Assembly: GCA_050173015.1 (NCBI GenBank)
Contig: JBFXLE010000019.1
Coordinates: forward strand, 21,730-85,729
Source: Calditrichaceae bacterium
GTDB taxonomy: Bacteria; Calditrichota; Calditrichia; Calditrichales; JBFXGD01
Direction of reading: 5' to 3'
Length of the DNA stretch: 64,000 nt
The notes beneath the pieces are model-generated. The model did not search any database. It was given only the letters and a program-made list of their open reading frames with translations, and was not told the origin of the DNA. Each line of letters opens with the position of its first letter. Positions within the stretch are counted from its first letter, which is position 1. The position numbers were made by a program, and so were the translations under genes. Shown here one piece after another: positions 11,066-19,937 of this stretch.

Positions 11066-14000
11066 TTATGACAGCGGCTCGCTCTCAAGTATTCGGAACA
11101 GAATACTCCTCAGATCTTCAAGTCTGTATGGTTTTGCCACCACACCGCAAAATCCGTATTCCCGGTAATTGGCCATTATCGGGTCATTTGAATATCCGCT
11201 GGATACAATGACGCGCACTTCCGGATCGATTTTTAATAGTTCCCTTACCGTATCCGCACCGCCCATTCCTCCCGGCACTGTCAAATCAACTATAACGGCA
11301 TTATATTTATCATGATTCTCAAAACTTTTCTTATACAGTTTGACAGCATCCCACCCCTCCGTCGCGGTTTCCACTTCGAAACCCAGATTATTCAACAGAC
11401 TGCGGGCAACCTCTAAGATAAGCACATCATCATCCATCACAAGAATAGTGCCCTGACCGGTCAGTTCAATTCTTCCATCGGATTCACTTGTTATTAAACG
11501 GCTCTTTCTTGAAGCCGGCAGATAAATAGAAAAGGTGGTACCGAGGCCAAGGGAGGATTCCACAAAAATATGACCTTCATGTTTCTGAATTATCGAATAC
11601 GTCGTCGCAAGTCCGAGACCGCTCCCCCTCTGTTTTGTCGTAAAGTAAGGATCAAATATTTTATCGATATATCCTTTTGATATTCCGATCCCGTTATCCT
11701 TAAAGGACAGTTTTACATAGTCTCCTTGTTTAAGCGGAAGATCAGTCTCACCTCCGATAATATAATTTTCCGCTTTGACCTCAAGAACCCCGCCTTCCGG
11801 CATAGCCTGCAGCGCGTTTATGGTCAGATTATTGATCACCTGACTGATCTGTCCTTCGTCTATCTCAACATTCCAGATACCTTCCTGGATAGAATAATTG
11901 CAGAGAATTTTTGAACCGTGAAGCACAAATCCGGTATTCTCCCTGATCAAATCCGCTACAGACGCTGTTTTTTTTATTGGAGTGCCGCCTTTGGAAAAAG
12001 TGAGTAACTGCTGAGTGAGATCCTTGGCGCGCATCGTTGCTTTTTCAGATTCTGTAAGTCTTGATAAAATTTTTGCGTCGGACTCGGCGAAAATTTTCGC
12101 CAAAGATATATTTCCCAGAATTGCAGTAAGAATATTATTGAAATCATGGGCAATGCCTCCCGCGAGTATGCCTAATGATTCCAGTTTTCTTGCCTTTAGC
12201 AGTTCCTCTTCCATTTTATTACGTTCCGAAACATCTCTGCAGAACAAAACAAATCCGAGCAGAAAACCATTCGGTTCCCTGAGCAAGGAAAAACTAATCT
12301 CGACCGGTATGCGTCTTTTTCGTGTCGTGATCATCAAATATTCACGTGTTTTCGTCTCATCTGTGTTGATGGCTCTGAATACATCCTTAATAAATCGTTT
12401 TCGATCTTCGGGATCAATGAAAGAAACTCCCCGGCATCCAATAATATCGTATTTTTCATCTGCCTCCATAAGCTTAATGGCGGCTTCGTTTAAATCTGTA
12501 ATCCGTCCCTTTATATCACTGATAAAAATACTGTCTGTTGATGTTTTTACCGCGAGAGAGAGCCTGCTCAATTCTCCCTCGGTCTCGTGTCTTTCAATAG
12601 CCCCGCCGATATTAGCGACCGCCGTTTTCATGATTGCCAGATCATTTTTTTCCCAGACACGTCTGTAATTCGAATCATCCAGCATAACAAATCCCCAAAA
12701 TTGTTTACTGATGGTAACGGGAAGAGCCAACCGGGAAACTTTTGTCTTTTTGGTATTCGGGGAAAGATCAAAGGACGGGAAACGGTCCGAAACGAACTCA
12801 TCATTTTTTAGTGATTCATAAATCTTTAATAAATCATTGTCATCAAAAATTTGCATTTTATAGGACAGTTGTTCTTCGTTGCTAAGATTTTCTTTTTTAT
12901 CCCATTTAAAATGCATTTTAAAACGGACAGATACTTTTTCATGCAGTGTTGACTGATTTTGGAATATGTATATATGTTCAACACCGGATGCTTCACCTAT
13001 AACCTGAAGAGCTTCACGGATCGACTGCATATAGTAAGGATTACGAAGCAGCAAAGTGGCGTTTTCAGCAATTTTTTGTAATTGATTTTCCTGTCTGTTT
13101 AGTTTTTCAAGCGCGAATTCAACTTTCTCTTTTTCCTTCTTCAACTGGGCTGTCCGGTGATCCACTTTTAACTCGAGCAGCGAGTTTTGTTTTTCAATCT
13201 GATGAACTTTTCTTTTATAAGAAATGGCCGCGCCGAAGAGAATGGTCAACAAACCCAGCCCTATAAACCACCAGGTTTTCCAGAACGGGGTCATTATTTC
13301 AAAACTATAACTGACCGGCTCTTTTGTCCAGATTCCATCATTATTGACAGCAATGACTTTAAAGACATATTCACCGGGTGGGAGGTTGGAATAGGTGGCG
13401 CGATTATCGGATGTTACAGGCGACCACTCAGAATCAAAACCTTCCAAAAAGTAACGATAACGGACTTTTTCAGGCGTCGAAAGGCAAATGCCGATAAAAT
13501 TAAAGGTCAGATGATTTTGATTATATTCAAGTTTGGCTTCACGGATATCCGGAGTATCTTTGAAATAAATTTTAATGTCCGTAATTTTTACCAGCGGAGG
13601 CAGGTTATTTATCTGGTCCTTAGCAGGGTCGTATTTAATCGCCCCGGAAATGGTGCCAAACCAGAGATTTCCTTCGTGATCTCTGCTTACTGCATTTTCA
13701 TTAGACTCAATACCCAGAAAACCCTCATGCTTGCCATAGTGCAATAAGGTTGAATCCAAACTGTCAAACTTATAAACTCCTGATGTCGCGGCAATCCAGA
13801 GATTACCGGAATCATCATGCTTGACGGAATAAATTATTTTATCATCAAGTACATTCTGCATTGGTACACCGGATATTTTTTCACCGTCAAATACAAAAAT
13901 ACCGCCCCCGGTCGTACCAAACCAAATATTACCATGATTATCTTCCGACAGCGATGTGATATGGGAGATGTTGGGTTTCCGGTCCATGGAAAATCTTTTA

Positions 14001-15619
14001 AATTCACGGCCGTCCCAACGCGTCAGAACCATATCTTCAGAACCGATCCAGATGTTTCCGTTCCTGTCGGTACAGGTAACATAGACATTATTTGAAAAAA
14101 GACCATCATCAGTCGTATAAATTTTTAAACTTTTTACCACTTTACCGTCACGCGGGCGCGATTTGGGAAGTTCGCATTTTACCAGTCCTCCCAGGGCCGT
14201 TCCAACCCAGATATTATTCTCAAAATCAACGGTCATGGACAAAATAAAGTCACTTGGCAGTCCTTCCGATTCAGATAGGACGGTTATGTTACCGGTCGTA
14301 GGGTCAAGCACGGCAATTCCCGCTTTTTCTGTCCCCGCCCAGATCCGGCCAAACTTATCCTCAACTATTGAAACAATCATCTGAGCGGGAAGTCCGTCCG
14401 CCATCTTGTAATTTCTGATTTTAAGTTGACGCGGGTGGTCATAGATGCCGCTGATTCTGGTTATTCCATCTTCCGTGCCCAGCCAGATTCTGTGTTGACG
14501 GTCTTCATAAACCGACCATACTGATTTATTTGACAATCCATCGGCTGCCCCAAACATCTCAAAACGCTCTCCACGGTATTGTGTAATACCATTATCCGTA
14601 CCAATCCAGATATTACCTTCCCTGTCTTCAAAGATCGCACTCACATTCAGATGACCAAGCCCCTGAGCGGGAGTAATGGTGCAGGCGATTGCCTCGTTTT
14701 TATCAGCGTTTTCAGGCTTGTACTTTGAAACTCCGCCGCCACCGGTACCAATCCAGACATTCTTTTTCGAATCTTCAAAGATTACATTTATCTGATCCGA
14801 CAGCAAACCATCGTTCTTATTTATTTTTTTCAGATCAGAGAGATTGCCGGTACTCCGATCTCTCCTGAATTTAAGAACTCCGTTCTTTGAAGTTCCCAAC
14901 CAAATGAAGCCATCACTGTCTTCGCATATCGACAGAATGCCGTCGTCAGCAAGACCATCCTTTTCGGTATAGAATCGCATTTTCATTGTATCCAGCGAAT
15001 TGGTATCCTCGAAACTGATGGTGACCGCGCCCTTTTTTGTGGCAATCCAGATGTTATTTTCCCCATCCGCGAATAACCTTTGGATGCTCCCGAAATTGAT
15101 ATTTAACTGTTCGGAGACATTAACAAGTGAATCTCCCGACAAATAGAACAATCCTTTTTCCAGAGTGGCAATCCAGAGCCTGTCGGCGGGATCGATGTAA
15201 AGGCCGGTGACGGGACTGCCCGGGAGTTTATCATTGAAAGTACATGGCCTGAAAATATTTTCCTTGTAATCAAAAATGCTCAGATTTCCGCTGAAATGGC
15301 CAAACCAGATATTACCATGCTTATCGCGAATGGAACTCAGCACAAAATTTTCTGCTAATCCGTTATTTTTACTGTAGTTATAAAAACGGAGTCCATCAAA
15401 TTTTGATATGCCGTCCTTAGTTCCAATCCACAGATATCCATCGAAATCCTGGGTTATGGTCTGTACCTGTGATTGTATAAGGCCTTCTTCAATGGAGTAA
15501 ACGCGTAAGGGGATTGTTTGAGAATAAGAAATAGTCACATACGCAATTAAGACAAGAACAATATAAAACCAGTTAACACCGGTTGAACGAATTTTCCAAT
15601 ACATTTTGGTAAATCCCAA
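11066..15619 (-). CDS. Hybrid sensor histidine kinase: periplasmic Reg_prop beta-propellers + Y_Y_Y, TM, GAF-like, PAS, HisKA, HATPase, receiver
   Basis: Repeated D..GN(I/L)W(I/F)GT..G blades, YRYFLEG...YSNLPPGEYVFKV, TM, H-box AGGIAHDFNNIL, DNGIGI/FTTK/GSGLGL, C-terminal receiver VMDDD...VDL...SSGY...KPY. Start may be ATG 15604. Confidence 0.93.
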   Translation of the reverse strand: MGFTKMYWKIRSTGVNWFYIVLVLIAYVTISYSQTIPLRVYSIEEGLIQSQVQTITQDFDGYLWIGTKDGISKFDGLRFYNYSKNNGLAENFVLSSIRDKHGNIWFGHFSGNLSIFDYKENIFRPCTFNDKLPGSPVTGLYIDPADRLWIATLEKGLFYLSGDSLVNVSEQLNINFGSIQRLFADGENNIWIATKKGAVTISFEDTNSLDTMKMRFYTEKDGLADDGILSICEDSDGFIWLGTSKNGVLKFRRDRSTGNLSDLKKINKNDGLLSDQINVIFEDSKKNVWIGTGGGGVSKYKPENADKNEAIACTITPAQGLGHLNVSAIFEDREGNIWIGTDNGITQYRGERFEMFGAADGLSNKSVWSVYEDRQHRIWLGTEDGITRISGIYDHPRQLKIRNYKMADGLPAQMIVSIVEDKFGRIWAGTEKAGIAVLDPTTGNITVLSESEGLPSDFILSMTVDFENNIWVGTALGGLVKCELPKSRPRDGKVVKSLKIYTTDDGLFSNNVYVTCTDRNGNIWIGSEDMVLTRWDGREFKRFSMDRKPNISHITSLSEDNHGNIWFGTTGGGIFVFDGEKISGVPMQNVLDDKIIYSVKHDDSGNLWIAATSGVYKFDSLDSTLLHYGKHEGFLGIESNENAVSRDHEGNLWFGTISGAIKYDPAKDQINNLPPLVKITDIKIYFKDTPDIREAKLEYNQNHLTFNFIGICLSTPEKVRYRYFLEGFDSEWSPVTSDNRATYSNLPPGEYVFKVIAVNNDGIWTKEPVSYSFEIMTPFWKTWWFIGLGLLTILFGAAISYKRKVHQIEKQNSLLELKVDHRTAQLKKEKEKVEFALEKLNRQENQLQKIAENATLLLRNPYYMQSIREALQVIGEASGVEHIYIFQNQSTLHEKVSVRFKMHFKWDKKENLSNEEQLSYKMQIFDDNDLLKIYESLKNDEFVSDRFPSFDLSPNTKKTKVSRLALPVTISKQFWGFVMLDDSNYRRVWEKNDLAIMKTAVANIGGAIERHETEGELSRLSLAVKTSTDSIFISDIKGRITDLNEAAIKLMEADEKYDIIGCRGVSFIDPEDRKRFIKDVFRAINTDETKTREYLMITTRKRRIPVEISFSLLREPNGFLLGFVLFCRDVSERNKMEEELLKARKLESLGILAGGIAHDFNNILTAILGNISLAKIFAESDAKILSRLTESEKATMRAKDLTQQLLTFSKGGTPIKKTASVADLIRENTGFVLHGSKILCNYSIQEGIWNVEIDEGQISQVINNLTINALQAMPEGGVLEVKAENYIIGGETDLPLKQGDYVKLSFKDNGIGISKGYIDKIFDPYFTTKQRGSGLGLATTYSIIQKHEGHIFVESSLGLGTTFSIYLPASRKSRLITSESDGRIELTGQGTILVMDDDVLILEVARSLLNNLGFEVETATEGWDAVKLYKKSFENHDKYNAVIVDLTVPGGMGGADTVRELLKIDPEVRVIVSSGYSNDPIMANYREYGFCGVVAKPYRLEDLRSILFRILESEPLS

Positions 15620-15722
15620 TTAAAATACCACTCTTTAGAAACTTGTCCCCCCGGAAACTCATAAAAGCAGTCAATTCATTGATTTAAGACTGAAAATGAT
15701 TGACTTAAAGATTTTTTTCCTC

Positions 15723-16730
15723 TCAATGATCTACTTTTTCCAATACATAATCGATGATTTGCTCTATAGAAACACCTTCTGCTTCTGCGCTGAATGACGT
15801 AACAAGACGATGTCTGAGCACAGGTAATGCCAGACTACGAATGTCATTAATATCAGGAGTGTAGCGATGGTGAAGAATAGCTCTCGCCTTCGCTCCGAGA
15901 ATCAGGAACTGCGAGGCCCTTGGTCCGGCGCCCCAGCGGATCCACCCGGATAATTTTTCATCCGACAATGAATTCCCCCGGCGGGTCGAACTGACAAGCC
16001 GGACGGCATAATCGACTACATTATCTGCCACAGGTACTCGTCTGATCAATTTCTGAAATTCCAGAATATCCTGTTTTGAAACAACGGGTTCAGATTCGAA
16101 ATTTATATTGGTTGTTGTTCGTTTTACAATTTCCAGCTCATCCGCGAAATTGGGATAATCCAGCCAAAGGCTGAACATAAATCGGTCTAACTGAGCCTCG
16201 GGCAGCGGATATGTTCCCTCCTGTTCGATGGGATTTTGAGTCGCCAAAACGAAAAATGGTTCATCGATCTGATGAGATTGTCCGGCAGCGGTCACACGGT
16301 ATTCCTGCATTGCCTCAAGTAATGCAGATTGAGTTTTTGGCGGTGTCCGGTTGATTTCATCCGCGAGTATTAGATTGGCAAAGATGGGGCCTTTAATAAA
16401 TTTGAAGGATTTTTGACCGGTGGATCGGTCTTCTTCCAAAATTTCAGTTCCGGTTATATCGGAAGGCATTAGATCCGGAGTAAATTGAATCCTTGAAAAC
16501 CGCATATCTAAAATCTGGCCGATGGTGCGGACAAGCAGGGTTTTTGCCAAACCCGGAACACCGACAAGAAGACTGTGTCCTCGTGTGAAAAGTGAGATTA
16601 ACAGATGCTCAATAATATCATCCTGGCCTATGATAACTTTTGAGAGTTCTTTCTTAATTATTTCATATTTGGCGAGAATTAAGTCAGCGACCTCTAAATC
16701 AGCAGGAGAATTCGAATTTCCTTTGTCCAT
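15723..16730 (-). CDS. moxR: MoxR-family AAA+ ATPase
   Basis: GVPGLAKT Walker A, RIQFTPDLMPSD, DEINR, ATQNPIEQEGTYPLPEAQLDRF. Confidence 0.93.
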   Translation of the reverse strand: MDKGNSNSPADLEVADLILAKYEIIKKELSKVIIGQDDIIEHLLISLFTRGHSLLVGVPGLAKTLLVRTIGQILDMRFSRIQFTPDLMPSDITGTEILEEDRSTGQKSFKFIKGPIFANLILADEINRTPPKTQSALLEAMQEYRVTAAGQSHQIDEPFFVLATQNPIEQEGTYPLPEAQLDRFMFSLWLDYPNFADELEIVKRTTTNINFESEPVVSKQDILEFQKLIRRVPVADNVVDYAVRLVSSTRRGNSLSDEKLSGWIRWGAGPRASQFLILGAKARAILHHRYTPDINDIRSLALPVLRHRLVTSFSAEAEGVSIEQIIDYVLEKVDH

Positions 16731-16837
16731 AGGCCATTAATTTCCTTGAGATTGAGCGAATAATTTAATAAATTTTAGTTTGATGATAACAGTGTAAATT
16801 TTACATATAGAACGCCTTAAATGCAAATGAGAAATAG

Positions 16838-17896
16838 ATGATACAACATATCCTGGATTTTACGGAGCAGGAGCTCGAAAATTACATGTCGGAGATTGAT
16901 CAGCCCAGATATCGGGCAAATCAGATCTACAAGGGAATTTATTCGAAAAACTGGAAAGATTTTACCGAATTCAGCACGCTTCCGAAGCCTTTCAGAGAAC
17001 TGTTAAAAAATCAATTCATTTTAAGATCCTTCAGTTTAGTTGACGAGATCAAATCAAAAAAAGACGGCACGACAAAATACCTTTGGGAAATGTCTGACGG
17101 CATGAAAATAGAAAGCGTGATCATTTATGAGGGTAAACGGGTAACTTTTTGTATCTCTTCTCAGATCGGTTGTCCACTGGATTGCAAATTCTGCGCGACA
17201 GGTAAAATGGGATTGCTAAGAAATCTGACTTCCGGAGAAATCATCGAGCAGGTGATTCAAATGAAAGAACGCAGTCTCTATCCCCCAACAAATATTGTAT
17301 TTATGGGGATGGGCGAACCTATGCTGAATTATGAATCTGTTTTAAAATCCGCCGATATTATGGCGGATCCGGAGGGAATGGCATTTAGCCGGAAACGAAT
17401 AACCATATCCACGAGCGGAATTATACCGGCCATCCATAGAATGGCGGATGAAAATCAGCCCTATTCACTGGCGATTTCACTAAACAGCGTAAAAGATGTC
17501 ATCCGCGAACAAATTATGCCGATTTCAAAAAAATATCCGCTTGAGAAACTTATGGACGCGGCAAGATATTATAACAAAAAAACAAAAAAACGAGTCACAT
17601 TCGAATACGTTTTAATAGACGGATTGAACTCATCTGAAGAAGATGCGCGACTCCTGGTACAGTTAACACAGGGCATCACCTGCAAAATAAATATCATACC
17701 CTGCAATTCAGATGATCCCCAGTTCAGACCACCAACGGAAGAACAGGTAAAACGCTTTGACATCCTGGTAAACGATAACCACCGGACCATTACCATCCGC
17801 CGGAGGAAAGGGTGGGAAATCCAGGCGGCCTGCGGTCAGCTCTATGCTGAAAATGAGCGCAAGAGAAAGATAAGCGTTAACAACTTAAGTCTTTAG
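16838..17896 (+). CDS. rlmN: 23S rRNA (adenine2503-C2)-methyltransferase RlmN, radical SAM
   Basis: CISSQIGCPLDCKFC, FMGMGEP, C-terminal AACGQL. Confidence 0.93.
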   Translation: MIQHILDFTEQELENYMSEIDQPRYRANQIYKGIYSKNWKDFTEFSTLPKPFRELLKNQFILRSFSLVDEIKSKKDGTTKYLWEMSDGMKIESVIIYEGKRVTFCISSQIGCPLDCKFCATGKMGLLRNLTSGEIIEQVIQMKERSLYPPTNIVFMGMGEPMLNYESVLKSADIMADPEGMAFSRKRITISTSGIIPAIHRMADENQPYSLAISLNSVKDVIREQIMPISKKYPLEKLMDAARYYNKKTKKRVTFEYVLIDGLNSSEEDARLLVQLTQGITCKINIIPCNSDDPQFRPPTEEQVKRFDILVNDNHRTITIRRRKGWEIQAACGQLYAENERKRKISVNNLSL

Positions 17897-17982
17897 ATGC
17901 TCGAGAGACACAGTAACGGGTTCGGCAACCTGTTTAGCGATAGATCAGGCACACTTTAACGACAAACTGAAGGAGCTTTAGG

Positions 17983-18630
17983 ATGCATCTTATTTTATTC
18001 GGCGCACCGGGAGTTGGTAAAGGTACTCAGGCGAAACTATTGAGCAGTAATTTCGGAATTCCTCAAATATCGACAGGCGATATGCTACGTGAAGCGGTAA
18101 GGACTGAAAGTGAGCTGGGTAAAAAAGCAAAATCAGTCATGGAAAAGGGAGAGCTGGTCCCCGATGATCTGATGCTTGGAATTATTAAAGAACGTATTCA
18201 AAGAGAAGACTGTAAAAAAGGTTTCATCCTGGACGGTTTTCCCAGAACCATTCCTCAGGCCAAACATCTTTCTGAATTAATGACAAAGCTGGAACTCCCG
18301 GCATTTGTTTGCATTGAAATAACCGTTCCGGACAGTGAAATCATCCGGAGACTGTCAAGCCGTAAAATCTGTCATAGCTGCGGGGCAGATTATAATTCGG
18401 CAACCAATCCCGCCCCGACAGACAACAAATGCACCATTTGCGGAGGTGATATCATAACCCGTCGAGACGACAATGTCGAAACAATACAGAAACGTCTGGA
18501 TATTTACAGAGAACAGACAGAACCCGTCAAGAAGTATTATGAGAATCTTAACCATTTTTATTCGATTAGCGGGAATAATGAAGTAAAACAAGTGTACGAA
18601 GAGATACTGAAGAAACTTTCATTAAATTAA
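17983..18630 (+). CDS. adk: Adenylate kinase with Zn-binding lid
   Basis: GAPGVGKGTQ, STGDMLR, LDGFPRT, lid CHSC...CTIC, RRDD. Confidence 0.97.
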   Translation: MHLILFGAPGVGKGTQAKLLSSNFGIPQISTGDMLREAVRTESELGKKAKSVMEKGELVPDDLMLGIIKERIQREDCKKGFILDGFPRTIPQAKHLSELMTKLELPAFVCIEITVPDSEIIRRLSSRKICHSCGADYNSATNPAPTDNKCTICGGDIITRRDDNVETIQKRLDIYREQTEPVKKYYENLNHFYSISGNNEVKQVYEEILKKLSLN

Positions 18631-18671
18631 CCGGTTTGCAAAATATTAGTATCACAAATACAGATAGCCGT

Positions 18672-19937
18672 GTGAGATATCTTTATTTTACAATATATCT
18701 GTTTGTAACAGTCACCCTGACCGGCTGCTCAGACAGGGATAAGAACAATATATTTGACCCCGGCAGTGGTATAACTAATATTGATTTAAACCTTTCTGTT
18801 TCATCCGTTGACTCCACCGTGCAGATTCGATGGAGTCCGCGGTTGACGGTGGATTTTAATGGATTCAAACTCTACAAAAAATCTGAATTGGAAAATCAGT
18901 TTACCCTTCTGTCTTCATTTCCAAAAAATCAATCATCCTATCAGGACATTGATATTAAATACGATATCAAGTACAGTTATTATATGACACTAACCGGTGA
19001 AAATTCCGATTCCCCTCCCACGAAAATTGTCGATGTCATTGCGGGGCCCGGTGATATATGGCTTATTGACAGATGGGGTCTTGAAACATTTCTGAATCTC
19101 GCCTATGACATGAAGACGGTTACATTAATCGTTTATGGTGTCTGGATCCCAGAGGCTCTTGCCTTCGACCATGACCATAACCGCGCGATGGTAACCTATC
19201 CGGCCATAAATAGTTTCGATATTTTTGATTTAGACAACGGGGAAGTTCTCTTCAGTGAATTCGGCATCGAGCATCCTTTTGACTGCGCTTATGATTCGTT
19301 TAACCAAAGCTTCTGGCTGACCGACTCTTCCGGGAAACTATATCAGATTAATTCTGTGACAGGGACATCAACCTTAGCCGCGACAAATCTAGGAAATCCA
19401 ATACAAATTGAATTTTCAGAAGAAAAACTTCTGTTTATACTAGATGACAGGAATCACAAGATACTTGTTTATAACCTGGAGGGAGTTTTACAATATTCGC
19501 TTTCATCCCTGGATGATCAATCCCTTCTGGATCCGGAATTTTTTCAGATAGACCAGACCAATCAAATCCTGTTTCTTACCGATCAAACGCCGGCCGAAGA
19601 TATTCTTTATAAATATGACCTCGCGACCGGGGAAACCGAAGAAATTTACAGATCGGATAATTTCGGAAAATTCAGACTTGATGAAAGGAATAAGACGGTT
19701 TGGATAATTATTTATAATGATATAAATTCAGAAATAATGCAACTTTCATACAACGGATTACGTCTCAGTCAACGTGAAGGTTTTATTTCTCCATCAGACC
19801 TGAGAATTAACCCGAAAAACGGCAATCTCATAGTGAGCGACACAGGAACCCGGCTTGTAAAACATTTTCGGAGTGATTCAACACTGATCGGAGTTTTCTC
19901 AAACGCTATTTATCCTTTTAAGGTATTTATTGAATGA
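18672..19937 (+). CDS. Lipoprotein with FN3-like domain and NHL/YVTN-like beta-propeller
   Basis: GTG at 18672 gives MRYLYFTIYLFVTVTLTG|C (lipobox); then NIFDP, FN3-like VQIRW...GFKLYK...YQD...YSYY, and propeller-type repeats. The ORF track start is 18636. Confidence 0.7.
   Translation: MRYLYFTIYLFVTVTLTGCSDRDKNNIFDPGSGITNIDLNLSVSSVDSTVQIRWSPRLTVDFNGFKLYKKSELENQFTLLSSFPKNQSSYQDIDIKYDIKYSYYMTLTGENSDSPPTKIVDVIAGPGDIWLIDRWGLETFLNLAYDMKTVTLIVYGVWIPEALAFDHDHNRAMVTYPAINSFDIFDLDNGEVLFSEFGIEHPFDCAYDSFNQSFWLTDSSGKLYQINSVTGTSTLAATNLGNPIQIEFSEEKLLFILDDRNHKILVYNLEGVLQYSLSSLDDQSLLDPEFFQIDQTNQILFLTDQTPAEDILYKYDLATGETEEIYRSDNFGKFRLDERNKTVWIIIYNDINSEIMQLSYNGLRLSQREGFISPSDLRINPKNGNLIVSDTGTRLVKHFRSDSTLIGVFSNAIYPFKVFIE

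Noticed and set aside
13600-15450. Recurrent near-repeats such as CCAATCCAGA and ATCCAGAT that could suggest an array
   Set aside because: They encode the W(I/F)GT blades of the Reg_prop propeller inside one ORF; there are no constant repeats with unique spacers and no cas genes.
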